The notes below the pieces were generated by a model. The model did not search any database. It was not told the origin of the DNA and worked only from the letters and a program-made list of their open reading frames with translations. Below are positions 9,584-21,086 of a stretch of 64,000 bases of DNA, in pieces. A program made the position numbers and the translations under genes. This stretch comes from Candidatus Binatia bacterium (GTDB taxonomy: Bacteria > Desulfobacterota > Binatia > UBA9968 > JAJDTQ01), in NCBI GenBank assembly GCA_963666515.2, contig OY762897.2, positions 704,001 to 768,000 of the forward strand, read 5' to 3'. Position 1 is the first letter of the stretch. The number at the start of each line of letters is the position of its first letter.

Positions 9584-10591
9584 ATGGGAGACAATCGGCT
9601 GGAATTGGGCCTGGGGTTGCGCGCGCGGCATCCGTCCGTGCTGGCCGAACATTCGCGCCAGGCCGAGGACGCGGGCTTCAGCCACGTCTGGCTGTACGAT
9701 TCGCCGCGTTGCGCCGAGCCGTACGTTTCCTTGCCCTATTGCGCCATGGCCACGTCGCGGGCCATCGTCGGCCTGGCGGTGACGAATACCCAGACGCGCG
9801 ACCCGACGGTGGTAGCCAACGCCTTCGCGACCCTCGCCATCCTTACCGGAGGCCGGGTCAAGTTCGGCGTCGGGCTCGGCGACAGCGCCGTAAAGTTCCT
9901 CGGCAGGAAGCCGTCCCGTTTCGACGCGTTCCGGGAAAGCATCGACGTCGTGCAGGGGCTCCTCCGAGGCGAGAGCGTGCCCTACAACGGCCGCCGGCTG
10001 GCGCTTCCGGCGGTGCCCGAGGTCAAGCCGCCGCTGTTGCTGGCGGCCGAGAGGCCGCGAACCTTCAAGCTCGCCGGGGCGGCCGCCGACGGGGCCATCA
10101 TCAGCCCGGGCGGGTCGCCGCGCTTCCTGCGTTACGCCATCGGGAGGATTCGGGAAGGCGCGGCGCGGGCCGGACGGGACCCGGATGCGCTCCACATCTG
10201 CGCCTGGACCCACTGTGTCGTGGGCGAGACAACGGAAGAGGCCATGGATGCGCTGGCGCCCGAAGTGGGCCGGACCCTGTTCAAGGCCGCGTTGCGGGTT
10301 CCGCCGGAAGTGCTGGGCGCCTCGGAACCGCTGTTGTCGGACGAACTGCGCGGCCACGTGCTCGACGAGGCCACGCGGCAGGACCACGAGTACGATCTCG
10401 CGCGTACCCTGCGCTCCGCCCTGGGCGACGAGTTGTTCCGTGAGATGACCCTGATGGGCACGCCCGACGACTGCGCGCGCAAGATCGCGGAACTGGCGGA
10501 GGTGGACGGCCTCAGCCAGCTCATCGTCAACGTCTACGGCCAGGATCGCGAATTCGCCCTGAAGACGTTGGGCAGCCAGATGGCCCGCTGA
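9584..10591 (+). CDS. LLM-class flavin-dependent oxidoreductase
   Basis: AEDAGFSHVWLYD, TRDPTVVANAFATL..LTGGR..FGVGLGD, AGAAADGAI; start could be 9569. Confidence 0.85.
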   Translation: MGDNRLELGLGLRARHPSVLAEHSRQAEDAGFSHVWLYDSPRCAEPYVSLPYCAMATSRAIVGLAVTNTQTRDPTVVANAFATLAILTGGRVKFGVGLGDSAVKFLGRKPSRFDAFRESIDVVQGLLRGESVPYNGRRLALPAVPEVKPPLLLAAERPRTFKLAGAAADGAIISPGGSPRFLRYAIGRIREGAARAGRDPDALHICAWTHCVVGETTEEAMDALAPEVGRTLFKAALRVPPEVLGASEPLLSDELRGHVLDEATRQDHEYDLARTLRSALGDELFREMTLMGTPDDCARKIAELAEVDGLSQLIVNVYGQDREFALKTLGSQMAR

Positions 10592-10629
10592 CCTGAAACA
10601 CACCACCCGCGCCGCGACAGGCGGCGTCC

Positions 10630-11556
10630 CTACAGCGGTACCGCCTCGCCCTCCGGCACTTTGTCCTTGTCGATGTGCTTCAGCGCCTGGACGACGAAAT
10701 CCTGCCCGAACACCTCGGTCCAGCCCTTCTGCAGCCTGCCCACCATGGGGCCGGGCTTGCCCTCGCCGATGGCGTTGCCGTTGATGCGGGTGAGCGGCAG
10801 CACGCAGCGCGAGGTGGTGGTCATGAACGCTTCGTCGGCGTTCATGATGTCGTACAACTGGAAGTCGGTCTCGTCCACCGGGATGTCCAGGTGCTGGGCG
10901 ATCTCCAGCACCGCGCCCCGCGTGACGCCCGACAGGATGGTCTGAACCGGCGCCGTGACCAGGGTGCCGTTGCGCACGATCCAGAAGTTGGCAGCGGTCA
11001 ACTCGGTGACGTTGCCGTCCAGGGTCAACAGCAGGGCATAGGCCTCGGGGTCCACCAACTGGGCCTGCTGCTCCGCCAGCCACAGGTGCATGCGGCTGGT
11101 GCTCTTGATCTTGGGGTCCCACACCTGGGTGGGGATGGCGCGGATGTGCGTGGTGATGACGTGGCCGCCGTAGATGTAGTGGTGGGCGAACTTGTTGAAG
11201 GCGATGGGCTCGCACAGGATCACCACCGTGGCCCGGCCGGCCTTGTCCGGCCCGCGGGTGACGTAGTGGCCGACGAAGTAGTCCTCGTCCGCTCCCAGCA
11301 GCCCCTTGTTCTGCTTCACCAACTCCACGGTGGTCTCGTGCATCTCGTCCGCGGTGAGGCCGGCATCCAGCTTCACCGCCTTGAGCGACCGGTAGAGGCG
11401 GGCGATGTGCCGGTCCAGTTGAAATATCTCCCCGCCAAAGGTCCGCGTCCGCTCGAACACGCCCAGGCCGGACAGGAAACCGCGGTCATATATGGAAACG
11501 CTTGCCCGACTCTCGGGCAGGAACTCGCCGTTGACGTATGCCGTGCGCTCTTCCAT
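10630..11556 (-). CDS. Aminotransferase class IV (branched-chain/D-amino-acid aminotransferase-like)
   Basis: AYVNGEF, SIYDRGFLSGLGVFE, HIARL, IKSTSR (PLP Lys), ILSGVTR, ADEAFMTTTS; GGAG RBS before ATG 11556. Confidence 0.88.
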   Translation of the reverse strand: MEERTAYVNGEFLPESRASVSIYDRGFLSGLGVFERTRTFGGEIFQLDRHIARLYRSLKAVKLDAGLTADEMHETTVELVKQNKGLLGADEDYFVGHYVTRGPDKAGRATVVILCEPIAFNKFAHHYIYGGHVITTHIRAIPTQVWDPKIKSTSRMHLWLAEQQAQLVDPEAYALLLTLDGNVTELTAANFWIVRNGTLVTAPVQTILSGVTRGAVLEIAQHLDIPVDETDFQLYDIMNADEAFMTTTSRCVLPLTRINGNAIGEGKPGPMVGRLQKGWTEVFGQDFVVQALKHIDKDKVPEGEAVPL

Positions 11557-11659
11557 GGAATGCTCCCTTCGGGATATGGTTTGCCCCACATCGTAGGACT
11601 TTCGGCGGGCATCTGTAAACCGGATTCCGGTAGACCACAGGCGCCGTCCTCCGAAAGAT

Positions 11660-11695
11660 TTGACAACTGATTGCACAACTCTTAGCCTACGTAGG
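11660..11695 (+). promoter_or_regulatory. Sigma70-like promoter with overlapping palindromic operator for the TA operon
   Basis: TTGACA (11660-65)-N17-TAGCCT (11683-88); perfect palindrome CCTACGTAGG at 11686-11695. Confidence 0.6.
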
Positions 11696-11721
11696 TAGTT
11701 TACGATGAGGAGCACTTCACC

Positions 11722-12126
11722 ATGAGCAGCAAATACGCCCCGCTCGAATCGCACCTGCGTGACTTGGGCCGCGCACACGTGCCCATGACGTTCAGCGACA
11801 TCGAGCGCGTTGTCGGTCTACGGCTGCCGCCGGCAGCCTTCAAGCACCGTGCATTGTGGTCCAACAACCCTGGCAACTGGGTCATGACGAAGGCCTGGCT
11901 GGCGGCGGGATACGAGACCGAGAAGGTCGACATGGAGAAGCGCAAGCTCGTATTTCGGAAGGCCGTGCCGGATGCCCCGGCCCCAGATGCCGGCAGCGAC
12001 TCGTCCAGGGCCGAACGTAGCGGTTCGTTCGCGGACATCTTTGGCGCGCTGAAGGACACAGTGACGATATCGCCTGGCACGAATCTGACGGACCCGATCG
12101 ACGAAGACTGGAACGCCGCGCGGTAA
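11722..12126 (+). CDS. Putative antitoxin (small N-terminal domain + VapB-like acidic tail)
   Basis: GAGGAG RBS; directly upstream of PIN gene; C-terminus FGALKDTVTISPGTNLTDPIDEDW resembles VapC-neutralising tails. Confidence 0.65.
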   Translation: MSSKYAPLESHLRDLGRAHVPMTFSDIERVVGLRLPPAAFKHRALWSNNPGNWVMTKAWLAAGYETEKVDMEKRKLVFRKAVPDAPAPDAGSDSSRAERSGSFADIFGALKDTVTISPGTNLTDPIDEDWNAAR

Positions 12127-12133
12127 CCGCCAC

Positions 12134-12547
12134 ATGACCGACTATTTGCTCGATACGTGCGCTGTCATCTGGACCGCACACAACGACCCCTTGCGCGAGG
12201 CGGCGGCGAGTGCATTGCAAGACGCGTACCGCCGCGGGGCGCGGTTGTTCGTGTCTCCCATCACAGCGTGGGAGATCGCGATGCTCGTTGCGAAAGGGAA
12301 GATCGCGCTGGCCCAGGATACGGGCCTGTGGTTCGAGCGCTTCTGCGCGCTGCCTTCGGTAACGTTGGCCGCGATGCCGGTATCCGTGCTGGTCGCATCG
12401 ACCACCCTTCCGGGTACGCCGCCCCACGATCCGGCGGATCGCATCATCATTGCAACCGCACGTGCCTTCGGATACGTGCTCACGACGCGTGACGCCGAGA
12501 TCCAGGAGTACGCGGGTCAGGGTCATGTACGGGTCGTCGAGTGCTGA
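12134..12547 (+). CDS. vapC: PIN-domain toxin, VapC family
   Basis: YLLDTCAVIW, SPITAWEIAML, HDPADRIIIATA, TTRD. Confidence 0.9.
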   Translation: MTDYLLDTCAVIWTAHNDPLREAAASALQDAYRRGARLFVSPITAWEIAMLVAKGKIALAQDTGLWFERFCALPSVTLAAMPVSVLVASTTLPGTPPHDPADRIIIATARAFGYVLTTRDAEIQEYAGQGHVRVVEC

Positions 12548-12558
12548 CCTTGGCGGCG

Positions 12559-13188
12559 TCACTGGGCTTCGATCAGCAACCGGAGCAACTCCTCGGGCGA
12601 GTCCACGATGTGGTCGGGGGTTTCCTTCGTGAGCGTGGCTCGGCTCTGATAGCCCCAGGTGACGCCCGCGGTGCGGACGCCCGCTGCCTTGCCGTGGCGG
12701 ATGTCGCCGCGGGTGTCGCCGATCATGAACCCCTGTTCCGGCGGGACATGGAAATGCGCCAGGGAGTGCAGTATCTTCTCGCTCTTGGCGCCCGGCTGTC
12801 TGGCATCGAGCACCAGCGAGACGCATTCGTTAACTTCGTTCCGCGCGAGGCCCTGCCGTACCAGGTTCTCGTAGTTGGAGGTGACGATGACGATGATGTG
12901 CCGTTGCGACAGGGTCCTCAAAAGATCTGGGATGCCCGGGAACATGGTCGGCTCGTAGCCGTCGGCTTCCAGCAGGGCGTGGGTCCGGCGGGTGTAGCGG
13001 TCGATGTCGGCTTCCGGGACGCCCAGCAGTGCGGCGAGGCCGGCGGCGTTCAGGTCTTCGATGGTCTCGAAGTCGTTCCGGGTCGGCGGCCGGCCCAGCC
13101 CGGTATCCGCGGCGGTCCGCTGGAAGGCGCCCAGGAGCTGGTCGAAGGAGTCGACGAGGACGCCGTCATAGTCGAAGTGGAGCAGCAT
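12559..13188 (-). CDS. HAD-family hydrolase (phosphoglycolate-phosphatase-like)
   Basis: FDYDGVLVDS motif I, IVTSN, MIGDTRGDI, VTWGY. Confidence 0.9.
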   Translation of the reverse strand: MLLHFDYDGVLVDSFDQLLGAFQRTAADTGLGRPPTRNDFETIEDLNAAGLAALLGVPEADIDRYTRRTHALLEADGYEPTMFPGIPDLLRTLSQRHIIVIVTSNYENLVRQGLARNEVNECVSLVLDARQPGAKSEKILHSLAHFHVPPEQGFMIGDTRGDIRHGKAAGVRTAGVTWGYQSRATLTKETPDHIVDSPEELLRLLIEAQ

Positions 13189-13204
13189 GCGGCGGGGCTG
13201 CGGT

Positions 13205-14233
<1,029 letters not shown>

Positions 14234-14262
14234 GGTGGCAAGCTTCCTTCCGTTGCTTCCAA

Positions 14263-15870
14263 CTAACCGCGCAGCTTCCGCATGGTCTCGCGGGTCTTGC
14301 GGACTGCCGCGTCGTCTCCCACGGCCTCGTAGACCCCGACCAGGACCCGGTACACGCCGGGGTGGAACGGATTGATCTGGAGCGCCTCCAGCAGGGCGCC
14401 GCGCGCGCGCGCGTGGTCGCCGGCCTCGTGGTGGAGCCGCCCGGTCAGGTAATACGTGTGCACCGCGTCGGGGTCGAGATACCGGGCCTTCTCCAGGTGC
14501 GGCAGCGCCTGGTCGTAGCGCCGGGACTGGATCAGGGTCTCGCCCAGCCGGTTGAGGATGACGGTGGAGTCGGGTCCGGCCCGGAGCGCCCGGCGGTACT
14601 CGGCGCCGGCCGCCCGCAGCCGGCCGCGCTCGCGCAACCGGTCTCCCAGGTGGGTGCGGTTGCGGGCGATCTCCGACCGGATCTCGGTCAGGTCCACGGA
14701 AACCGGCTGGTCTCCCTGCTCCGCGACCTTGAAGCGGCGCAGGCGGCTGCCCTGCACGACCGTGAGCCCCTGGCTTTCCACGAAGCGCCGCCAATCCGCT
14801 TCGAAGCCGTCCAGCGGCACGCCCATGACCGCTTCGATGGCTTCCGCGGTGGAGAGCCGCCTCACCAGCGACAGCACCTCCCGGATGCCCCCGGGGCCCT
14901 TGCTCCGGGTGATGTAGTCCACGGCCGAGGCCACCTCGGCGTAGGCGAGCTGGACCTGCTCCGGCGTGTCCAGGCGGATGAGGGACGGCTCCATGTCCTT
15001 GAAGCTGACGAACTCCTGCCGCTCGACGGCCGTGGCCAGCAGGGTCTCGTTGGCCGGCGTGAGGTAGTCCGGCCGCTCGCCCTGCACCGGGTTCCGCCAC
15101 ACGGTCTCGTAGTAGCGCGCGATGCCTTCGTGCAGCCAGATGGGCGCCTTGTTCCGCGTCAGGTTGACGATGACCCGGTGGATGTACTCGTGGACGAGGG
15201 AGTCGAGCCAGCGGTATCCGTGGGCCATCACCCGCGGCGAGATGATCATGACCTTGTTGAACTTGCACAGCCCGATGGCGCCGGTCTCCTCGATGTCGCG
15301 CTGCGTGAACGTGGTGATGGCGGTGAAGGACTGCACGTCCGGGGCGATCTCGATCCGCACCTTGCCGCGCGGCCGGTACCCCAGCGCGCGCTCCACCTCC
15401 CGGTGGGCCTGCTCCAGCGCCGCCAGCGCGGGTTCCGCCAGGATGCCGTCGCTCTCTTCGTGCAGGTGGAGCAGGAAGTGGTCGCTCTCGTAGCGCTTGA
15501 AGTGGCGGGTGACGTCGTGGGTCTGTTGCAGCAGCAGCCGCAGGGCCTGGCGGCGTTCGTCCTCGGCGTCGATGGCCAGGGCCTTCTCCACGGTGGCGAG
15601 GGCCTTGGCGTAGGAACCGTCGTAGTAGTACAGCAGCGCGGCCAGGTCCAGCGCGTCCACGGACCGCGGCTGCGTTTCCAGGAGCCGTTCGATGACGGGG
15701 CGGGCATCCTCGACCCGCCACTCCCCCAGGAGTTCCCGCGCCGTCTCGACCGCGGAGGCCTCGGGCGCCGGGTCGGCGGCGTGTCCGGGAACCGCGGCGC
15801 CGAGCGTGAGGACGCACGCGAGCCACAGCGCGCGGGACGCGTGTCGGAACCCTGTGGAAAGTCTCTTCAT
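14263..15870 (-). CDS. Exported TPR protein with peptidase MA-like (gluzincin) domain
   Basis: Signal peptide, TPR-like repeats at both ends, LVHEYIH (HExxH) and WLHEGIARYYE. Confidence 0.8.
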   Translation of the reverse strand: MKRLSTGFRHASRALWLACVLTLGAAVPGHAADPAPEASAVETARELLGEWRVEDARPVIERLLETQPRSVDALDLAALLYYYDGSYAKALATVEKALAIDAEDERRQALRLLLQQTHDVTRHFKRYESDHFLLHLHEESDGILAEPALAALEQAHREVERALGYRPRGKVRIEIAPDVQSFTAITTFTQRDIEETGAIGLCKFNKVMIISPRVMAHGYRWLDSLVHEYIHRVIVNLTRNKAPIWLHEGIARYYETVWRNPVQGERPDYLTPANETLLATAVERQEFVSFKDMEPSLIRLDTPEQVQLAYAEVASAVDYITRSKGPGGIREVLSLVRRLSTAEAIEAVMGVPLDGFEADWRRFVESQGLTVVQGSRLRRFKVAEQGDQPVSVDLTEIRSEIARNRTHLGDRLRERGRLRAAGAEYRRALRAGPDSTVILNRLGETLIQSRRYDQALPHLEKARYLDPDAVHTYYLTGRLHHEAGDHARARGALLEALQINPFHPGVYRVLVGVYEAVGDDAAVRKTRETMRKLRG

Positions 15871-15934
15871 CGGTCCGGCGGCGACGGGGTGACGGGGATG
15901 GCGCGCGCTGCCGGCGCCGGCCCAGCACGATCGG

Positions 15935-18900
15935 CTATTGCGACAGCTCCTTGAAATAGCGCTCGACCTGATCCTTGTAGCGTTCCGGCACGCCCTCCTT
16001 CAGCGACTCCAGAACCTCCTGGCGAAACCGCTCGGGCTTGTAGTCGTCCTTCCCGGGGAGCTTGAACTTCTCCGTGTCCAGGCCGGTCAGGTTGTCGTCG
16101 ATGTCGTGGTCGGGGAACTGCGGGGTCCCGGCGGGGGGCAGGAACTGCCCCGTGGGCAGGAACCGGCCGCGGCGGAACACGTGGACCAGCGGCACCCGCC
16201 CGAACCGTCCCCGCTGGGCCAGCCGCTGCATCGCCTGCTGCATTTGCTGGCTGGATTCGGACAGGCGGTTGATGGCCTCCTGTTCGGGGGGAATGGCCTG
16301 TCCCGGGCGGAGTGAGCCCAGCTCGCCGGTGGCCTCGCCCATGAACGCGCCCGCCTCGGCGATGTTGTTGACGATCTTCGGGTCCAGCGACGGGAAGAGT
16401 TGGAACAGGTACCGCAGCCTTTCCACCAGGTCCCGGGTCCGGGTCGCCAGCACGTCTTCCCGCGTGGCAAGCTCCCGGACCTCGCCCTTCTGCGGCGCGG
16501 TCAGCTCCGGGTAGGGGAGGCCGGCGATGGCCCGGTACTCCCGCGCCAGCGCCGTCAGCATCGCCAGGGCCGCCTTCTGCACCTCGTCCAGCGCTCCGAT
16601 TTCCGCAAGCTCTTCGGTCACCGGCCCCAACTGCTTGGACAGCGCGTCGAAGTTCCGGTTCTCGATCATTTCCCGCAGCCCCGACAGCAGCCCGCGGACG
16701 GCCGCGCTGCGCTCGCGTTCCGCCGGGGGCCGGGCGCGGTCGCTCTCCAGGCCGGGAGCGGCGAGCAGATGGGCCAGCACCGCCAGGTCGGCCTGGGCGC
16801 CCGCCGCAAGCCGCCCGACGGCCTGCTCGCGCTGCTCGTCGATCTCCCGGGTGTTGTCCTTGTGGACGCTCTCGGTTCCCAGCAGGATTTCCTGCTGTTC
16901 CCGGAGGATCTGCTGCAACTCGTCGCTGGAGCGGCTCATGGCCCCCTGCATGCGGGACATCATGGACCCCTGGGCCTGCTGCTGTCCGCTCCGCAGCGAA
17001 GCCGCGAGCTGCGCCATCTGGTTGAACAGCTCCCGCGCCAACTGCATGGCGCCCTCGATGTCGCCCTCCCTGAGCTTCTGGCGGATCCGGTCCATCATGG
17101 ACTGCATGTCCGAGAACGGCATGTTGCGCAGGTTCTGCGGGTTGACGAACTGGTTCGGAACCTGTTGGGCGAACTGCATGAGCGATGCCTGCAGTTCCTG
17201 GAGTTGCCGGGCGAGTTCCGACAGTTCCTTCAGCACCTCGTCCAGCTCCTTGTTGCCGCTTCTCAGCTTCTCCAGCGAGTCCATGAAGCGCTGCTGGTCC
17301 TTGACCATGTCCTTGGCGGTGGCCGCCATGTCCTGTCCCGCGAGCCGCCGGCTCACGTCCTCGCTGAGCATCGATAGCCGTTCCAGCTCCGTGGCCATGG
17401 CGTCGTGGGCCTGCTCGCGCTCGGCCGGCGACGCCGCCTGCCGCATCCCCTCCATGAGATCGGTCCGCGCGTGCTCCAGGTTGTTCCTCAGGGTCTCCAG
17501 GTCGGACCATGTGGCGAAGTCGCTGATGCGATCCTCCCGGGTGCGCCGCATGGCCTCGTCCACGCGCTGCGCCATCCGGTCGAGGCCCTCCGCCAGCCGC
17601 TGCCCCGGCTCGCCCTCCTGCGGTTCGTCAGGAGGAGCTTCGAGGTGGTCGCCCAGCAGGTCCACCATCTTGTCGGAGATGTCGCGGATCATCTCGGCCA
17701 CCTGGCGGTGCTCGGCCTTGAGGTTCTTGAGGCGGAGGCTCAAGGGCCGCGACTTGACGAGCTTGGGACCGGAAATGGTGTCGTTGTCGAGCACCTCCAG
17801 GTGGTAGACCACGACGTCGCCTTCCTTGAGACGGATGGTGTCCAGATCCCAGATGAACATTTCCTGGAGGGTGCGGGCAACCTCGTCGCGCCACACCGGG
17901 ATGCGCTCCTCCCGGTCCCCGACCGCGGCCACCAGGGTGACTTGCCGGACGCCGTAGTCGTCTCCGGCGCGGTACTCCAGGGCCAGCCTCTCGTCGCCGT
18001 TCACTTCCAGGTCTTCCGTCGGCTTGAGCAGCTCCACGAGCGGGAAGCTGTCGGGCACGGCGACCATTTCGTAGGGCACCGGCAGGTTCTCGAAGCCGAA
18101 GGCGTCCTCCAGGCGGATGCGGTACGGCTGCGAGCGGAACAGCACGATGCTGCCCTGGGCGTTGTCGCCGGTGATCTTCAGCGGCACCTCCCGGCCGTCC
18201 TCCAGGGCGACGGCCGCCTGAGCCATGCTCTTGTTGGTGGTGGCGGAGAAGCTCAGGGTCGAGCCCTTGACGCCGCGGACGTTGCCGCCGGTGAAGGTCC
18301 GGTCGGGGAGGCCCGTGTAGTGGGGCGGGTAGAGCGTCACCTTCAGGTCCGTGACTGCCGGCCGGTCCACCGCGGTGACCGCGTACCAGGGCGACTCGAA
18401 CGGCCCGGTTACGACCTGGTAGACGAGGTTCTCGGTGACCTCGGGCAGCACGGCCGCGTACCGTCCGTCCTCGGCCCGGTCCATGCCGACGGTCTGTGCC
18501 GCGTCGTCTCCTTGCCCTGAAGGGGCGGGCTTGAACACCAGCTCCACGCGGTCCGGACGGGCGCCGGAGGTGACGGCTTCGACGGAGACCGCGGCGCCGC
18601 GGATCACCCGCACGTCCCGGGTCACCACGCGGATGAATATCTCGGCCGGCGGCAGGTGCTCCAGCGGATGCGCCACCAACGCCACGGCGCGGCCGGGGAA
18701 GTCCGGGAGCCAGACGGCCAGGGCCAGCACCGGCGCGGCCGACAGCGCCAGCAGCCGCACCCTGGCCCGCAACGGCCGGGTGTCCACCAGCGCCGCGGGT
18801 TGCATGGGACGGATCTGGTCGCGGGTCTGGCGGATCAGCGCGTGGATCATGGGCGCGGAAGCGCCGCCCGTCCGGGCCGAGTCCGCCAGTTGCGGGTAGA

Positions 18901-19225
18901 GCTGCAGCGAGTTGATGAGGTTGTTGCGGAGTTCCGGGCGCAGCCTCTCGACGGCGCGGGCCGCCCACGAGAGGCTCCGGGACCGCAGGAAATGCCACAG
19001 CGTGAGCCCGGTGACCGCCAGCAGCGTGGCGACGGAAAGCAGGCTGAAAGCCAGGGGGGCGTAGGGCAGGTGTTCCTTGACCGCGTCCACGCCCATGCCC
19101 AGGGCCGCCAGCACGGCCAGCGCGGTGCCGGCAAGGCACAGCGACTCCAGGCCCCGGACCCTTCGGGACCGGTTCACGAACCCTCGCAGGAAATCGTCTA
19201 TCGGACGGTAGTCTTCTTCGTGCAA
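15935..19225 (-). CDS. DUF4175-like large membrane/coiled-coil protein
   Basis: N-terminal TMs, YPPHYTG, AGDDYGV, EVLDNDTISGPK, long Q/E-rich helical region, C-terminal VPERYKDQVERYFKEL. Confidence 0.75.
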   Translation of the reverse strand: MHEEDYRPIDDFLRGFVNRSRRVRGLESLCLAGTALAVLAALGMGVDAVKEHLPYAPLAFSLLSVATLLAVTGLTLWHFLRSRSLSWAARAVERLRPELRNNLINSLQLYPQLADSARTGGASAPMIHALIRQTRDQIRPMQPAALVDTRPLRARVRLLALSAAPVLALAVWLPDFPGRAVALVAHPLEHLPPAEIFIRVVTRDVRVIRGAAVSVEAVTSGARPDRVELVFKPAPSGQGDDAAQTVGMDRAEDGRYAAVLPEVTENLVYQVVTGPFESPWYAVTAVDRPAVTDLKVTLYPPHYTGLPDRTFTGGNVRGVKGSTLSFSATTNKSMAQAAVALEDGREVPLKITGDNAQGSIVLFRSQPYRIRLEDAFGFENLPVPYEMVAVPDSFPLVELLKPTEDLEVNGDERLALEYRAGDDYGVRQVTLVAAVGDREERIPVWRDEVARTLQEMFIWDLDTIRLKEGDVVVYHLEVLDNDTISGPKLVKSRPLSLRLKNLKAEHRQVAEMIRDISDKMVDLLGDHLEAPPDEPQEGEPGQRLAEGLDRMAQRVDEAMRRTREDRISDFATWSDLETLRNNLEHARTDLMEGMRQAASPAEREQAHDAMATELERLSMLSEDVSRRLAGQDMAATAKDMVKDQQRFMDSLEKLRSGNKELDEVLKELSELARQLQELQASLMQFAQQVPNQFVNPQNLRNMPFSDMQSMMDRIRQKLREGDIEGAMQLARELFNQMAQLAASLRSGQQQAQGSMMSRMQGAMSRSSDELQQILREQQEILLGTESVHKDNTREIDEQREQAVGRLAAGAQADLAVLAHLLAAPGLESDRARPPAERERSAAVRGLLSGLREMIENRNFDALSKQLGPVTEELAEIGALDEVQKAALAMLTALAREYRAIAGLPYPELTAPQKGEVRELATREDVLATRTRDLVERLRYLFQLFPSLDPKIVNNIAEAGAFMGEATGELGSLRPGQAIPPEQEAINRLSESSQQMQQAMQRLAQRGRFGRVPLVHVFRRGRFLPTGQFLPPAGTPQFPDHDIDDNLTGLDTEKFKLPGKDDYKPERFRQEVLESLKEGVPERYKDQVERYFKELSQ

Positions 19226-19458
19226 CGGAGGATCCTCCCGGCGGTGGCCGCTACCGAATACCCGTTGGAAGTCCGTGTCGTTTGATCCATTCTAGAGTTT
19301 TTTCCCGGATTCACAAGGGCGAAGGGCCATGTGCGGGCGGGTCCGAACCCCGTCGAGCGGCGAGACCGGCCGCCAATCTGGCAACTCACCGGGGCTTGTG
19401 CTATGACCCTTGTTTCACCTGCATTCCCCGCAAGAACCCCGGCGAAAGGACCCGTTGC

Positions 19459-21038
19459 ATGGACCGCGACCCCACGGCACTGCCCCTCGTCTGTCATGAA
19501 GGACACGAAGACCACGACCACGATGAGCCCCTTCCCGATGAAGACCACCCCATGTGGCGTCCGAGCGCATCTCGCTGACCTCCGTCGGCATCGACATCGG
19601 CTCGTCCACGTCCCATCTCATCTTCTCCCGGCTGGTCCTCCGCCGGCAGGGCATCTCCCTGTCGAGCCGTTTCGTGGTGGTGAGCCGGGAGATCGTCTAC
19701 GAGTCGCCGATCCTGCTGACGCCCTACGTGGACAAGCTGACCATCGACACGGAGAAGCTGAACGAGTTCATCCACGACGCCTACGCCCGCGCCGGCCTCA
19801 CCCGCGGCGACATCGACACCGGCGCCCTGATCGTCACCGGCGAGGCCGCCAAGAAGAAGAACGCGGAGGCCATCGCGGCCTTGTTCTCGGAGGAGGCGGG
19901 CAAGTTCGTGTGCGCCACCGCCGGCCACAACCTGGAGGCGATTCTGGCGGCCTACGGCTCCGGCGCGGTGGAGGCGTCGACCCGTGACGGCGACGTCGCG
20001 TGCCTGAACGTGGACATCGGCGGCGGCACCAGCAAGATCGCCATCACCCGGGGCGGACAGGTGGTGGACACCGCGGCTCTGGAGGTGGGCGCGCGGCTGG
20101 TGGCCCTGGACGAGAGCCAGAAGATCAACCGGCTCGAGGACGCGGGAGCGCGCATCGGAGACGCCAGCGGCGTGCCGCTGGCCTTGGGCCAGGTGCTGGC
20201 GGAGGCCGACAAGGAACGCATGGCCGGGACGTTGAGCGGCTGTCTGCTGGAGGTGCTGGGACGCGGGCCGTTGTCGCCGCTGACCCAGGAGATCATGCTG
20301 ACGCCGGCGCTTTCCTATCAGGACCCGATTCATTCCGTCCAGTTCTCCGGCGGCGTGTCGGAGTACATCTACGGCTACGAGACCGGGGACAAGGGGGACC
20401 TCGGCAACCACGTGGGGAGGAAGATCCGCGCCGGGGCCGTGGAGCTGGCGACCCGCGAATCGTGGGAATTCAAGGAACCCGAAGTGCGCATCCGCGCCAC
20501 GGTCATCGGCGCCTCCCAGTACACCGTGCAGGTGAGCGGCAACACGATCTTCCTGTCCGACGACACCGTGCTGCCGCTGCGGAACCTCCAGGTGATCACG
20601 CCGCGTTTCCGCCAGACCGAGCCGCTCACCACCGAGGACGTGCGCGGCGCCATCGAGAGCGCGCTGCAGCGCTTCGACATGACCGAGGGGGACCGCGGCG
20701 CGGCGCTGGCGCTCCACTGGGAGCTGGGGCCTTCCTATCCCCTCATCAAGACGCTGGCCACCGGCGTGGTGGAGGGGATGAAGGAGCACCTCCGTCAGGG
20801 ACGGAATCTGGTGCTGGTGTTCGACGCCGACATCGCCAAGCTGGTGGGCAACATCATCGACAAGGAAATCCGTCCCGGGACCGGCGTCATCTCCATCGAC
20901 GGCATCGACCTCAAGGACTTCGATTTCGTCGACATCGGCGAGGAGTTGCCGGACGCCAAGGCCGTGCCGGTGGTGATCAAGTCGCTGATCTTCCGTCACG
21001 AAGAGTGGGGCAGGGGACGCCTGCTGGCCAACGACTGA
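19459..21038 (+). CDS. eutA: EutA-like actin/HSP70-fold ATPase, apparently frameshifted near 19555 (His/acidic N-terminal piece 19459-19578 + main ORF 19554-21038)
   Basis: SVGIDIGSSTSHL, TGALIVTGEAAKKKNA, FVCATAG, NVDIGGGTS, IRATVIGASQ, PVVIKSL; AAAGGA RBS before ATG 19459, none obvious before GTG 19554. Confidence 0.8.
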
Positions 21039-21086
21039 CGGCGGGCGGCGCGCCACCCTTCCCGAAAGCCTGCCGCAAGTAACGTC

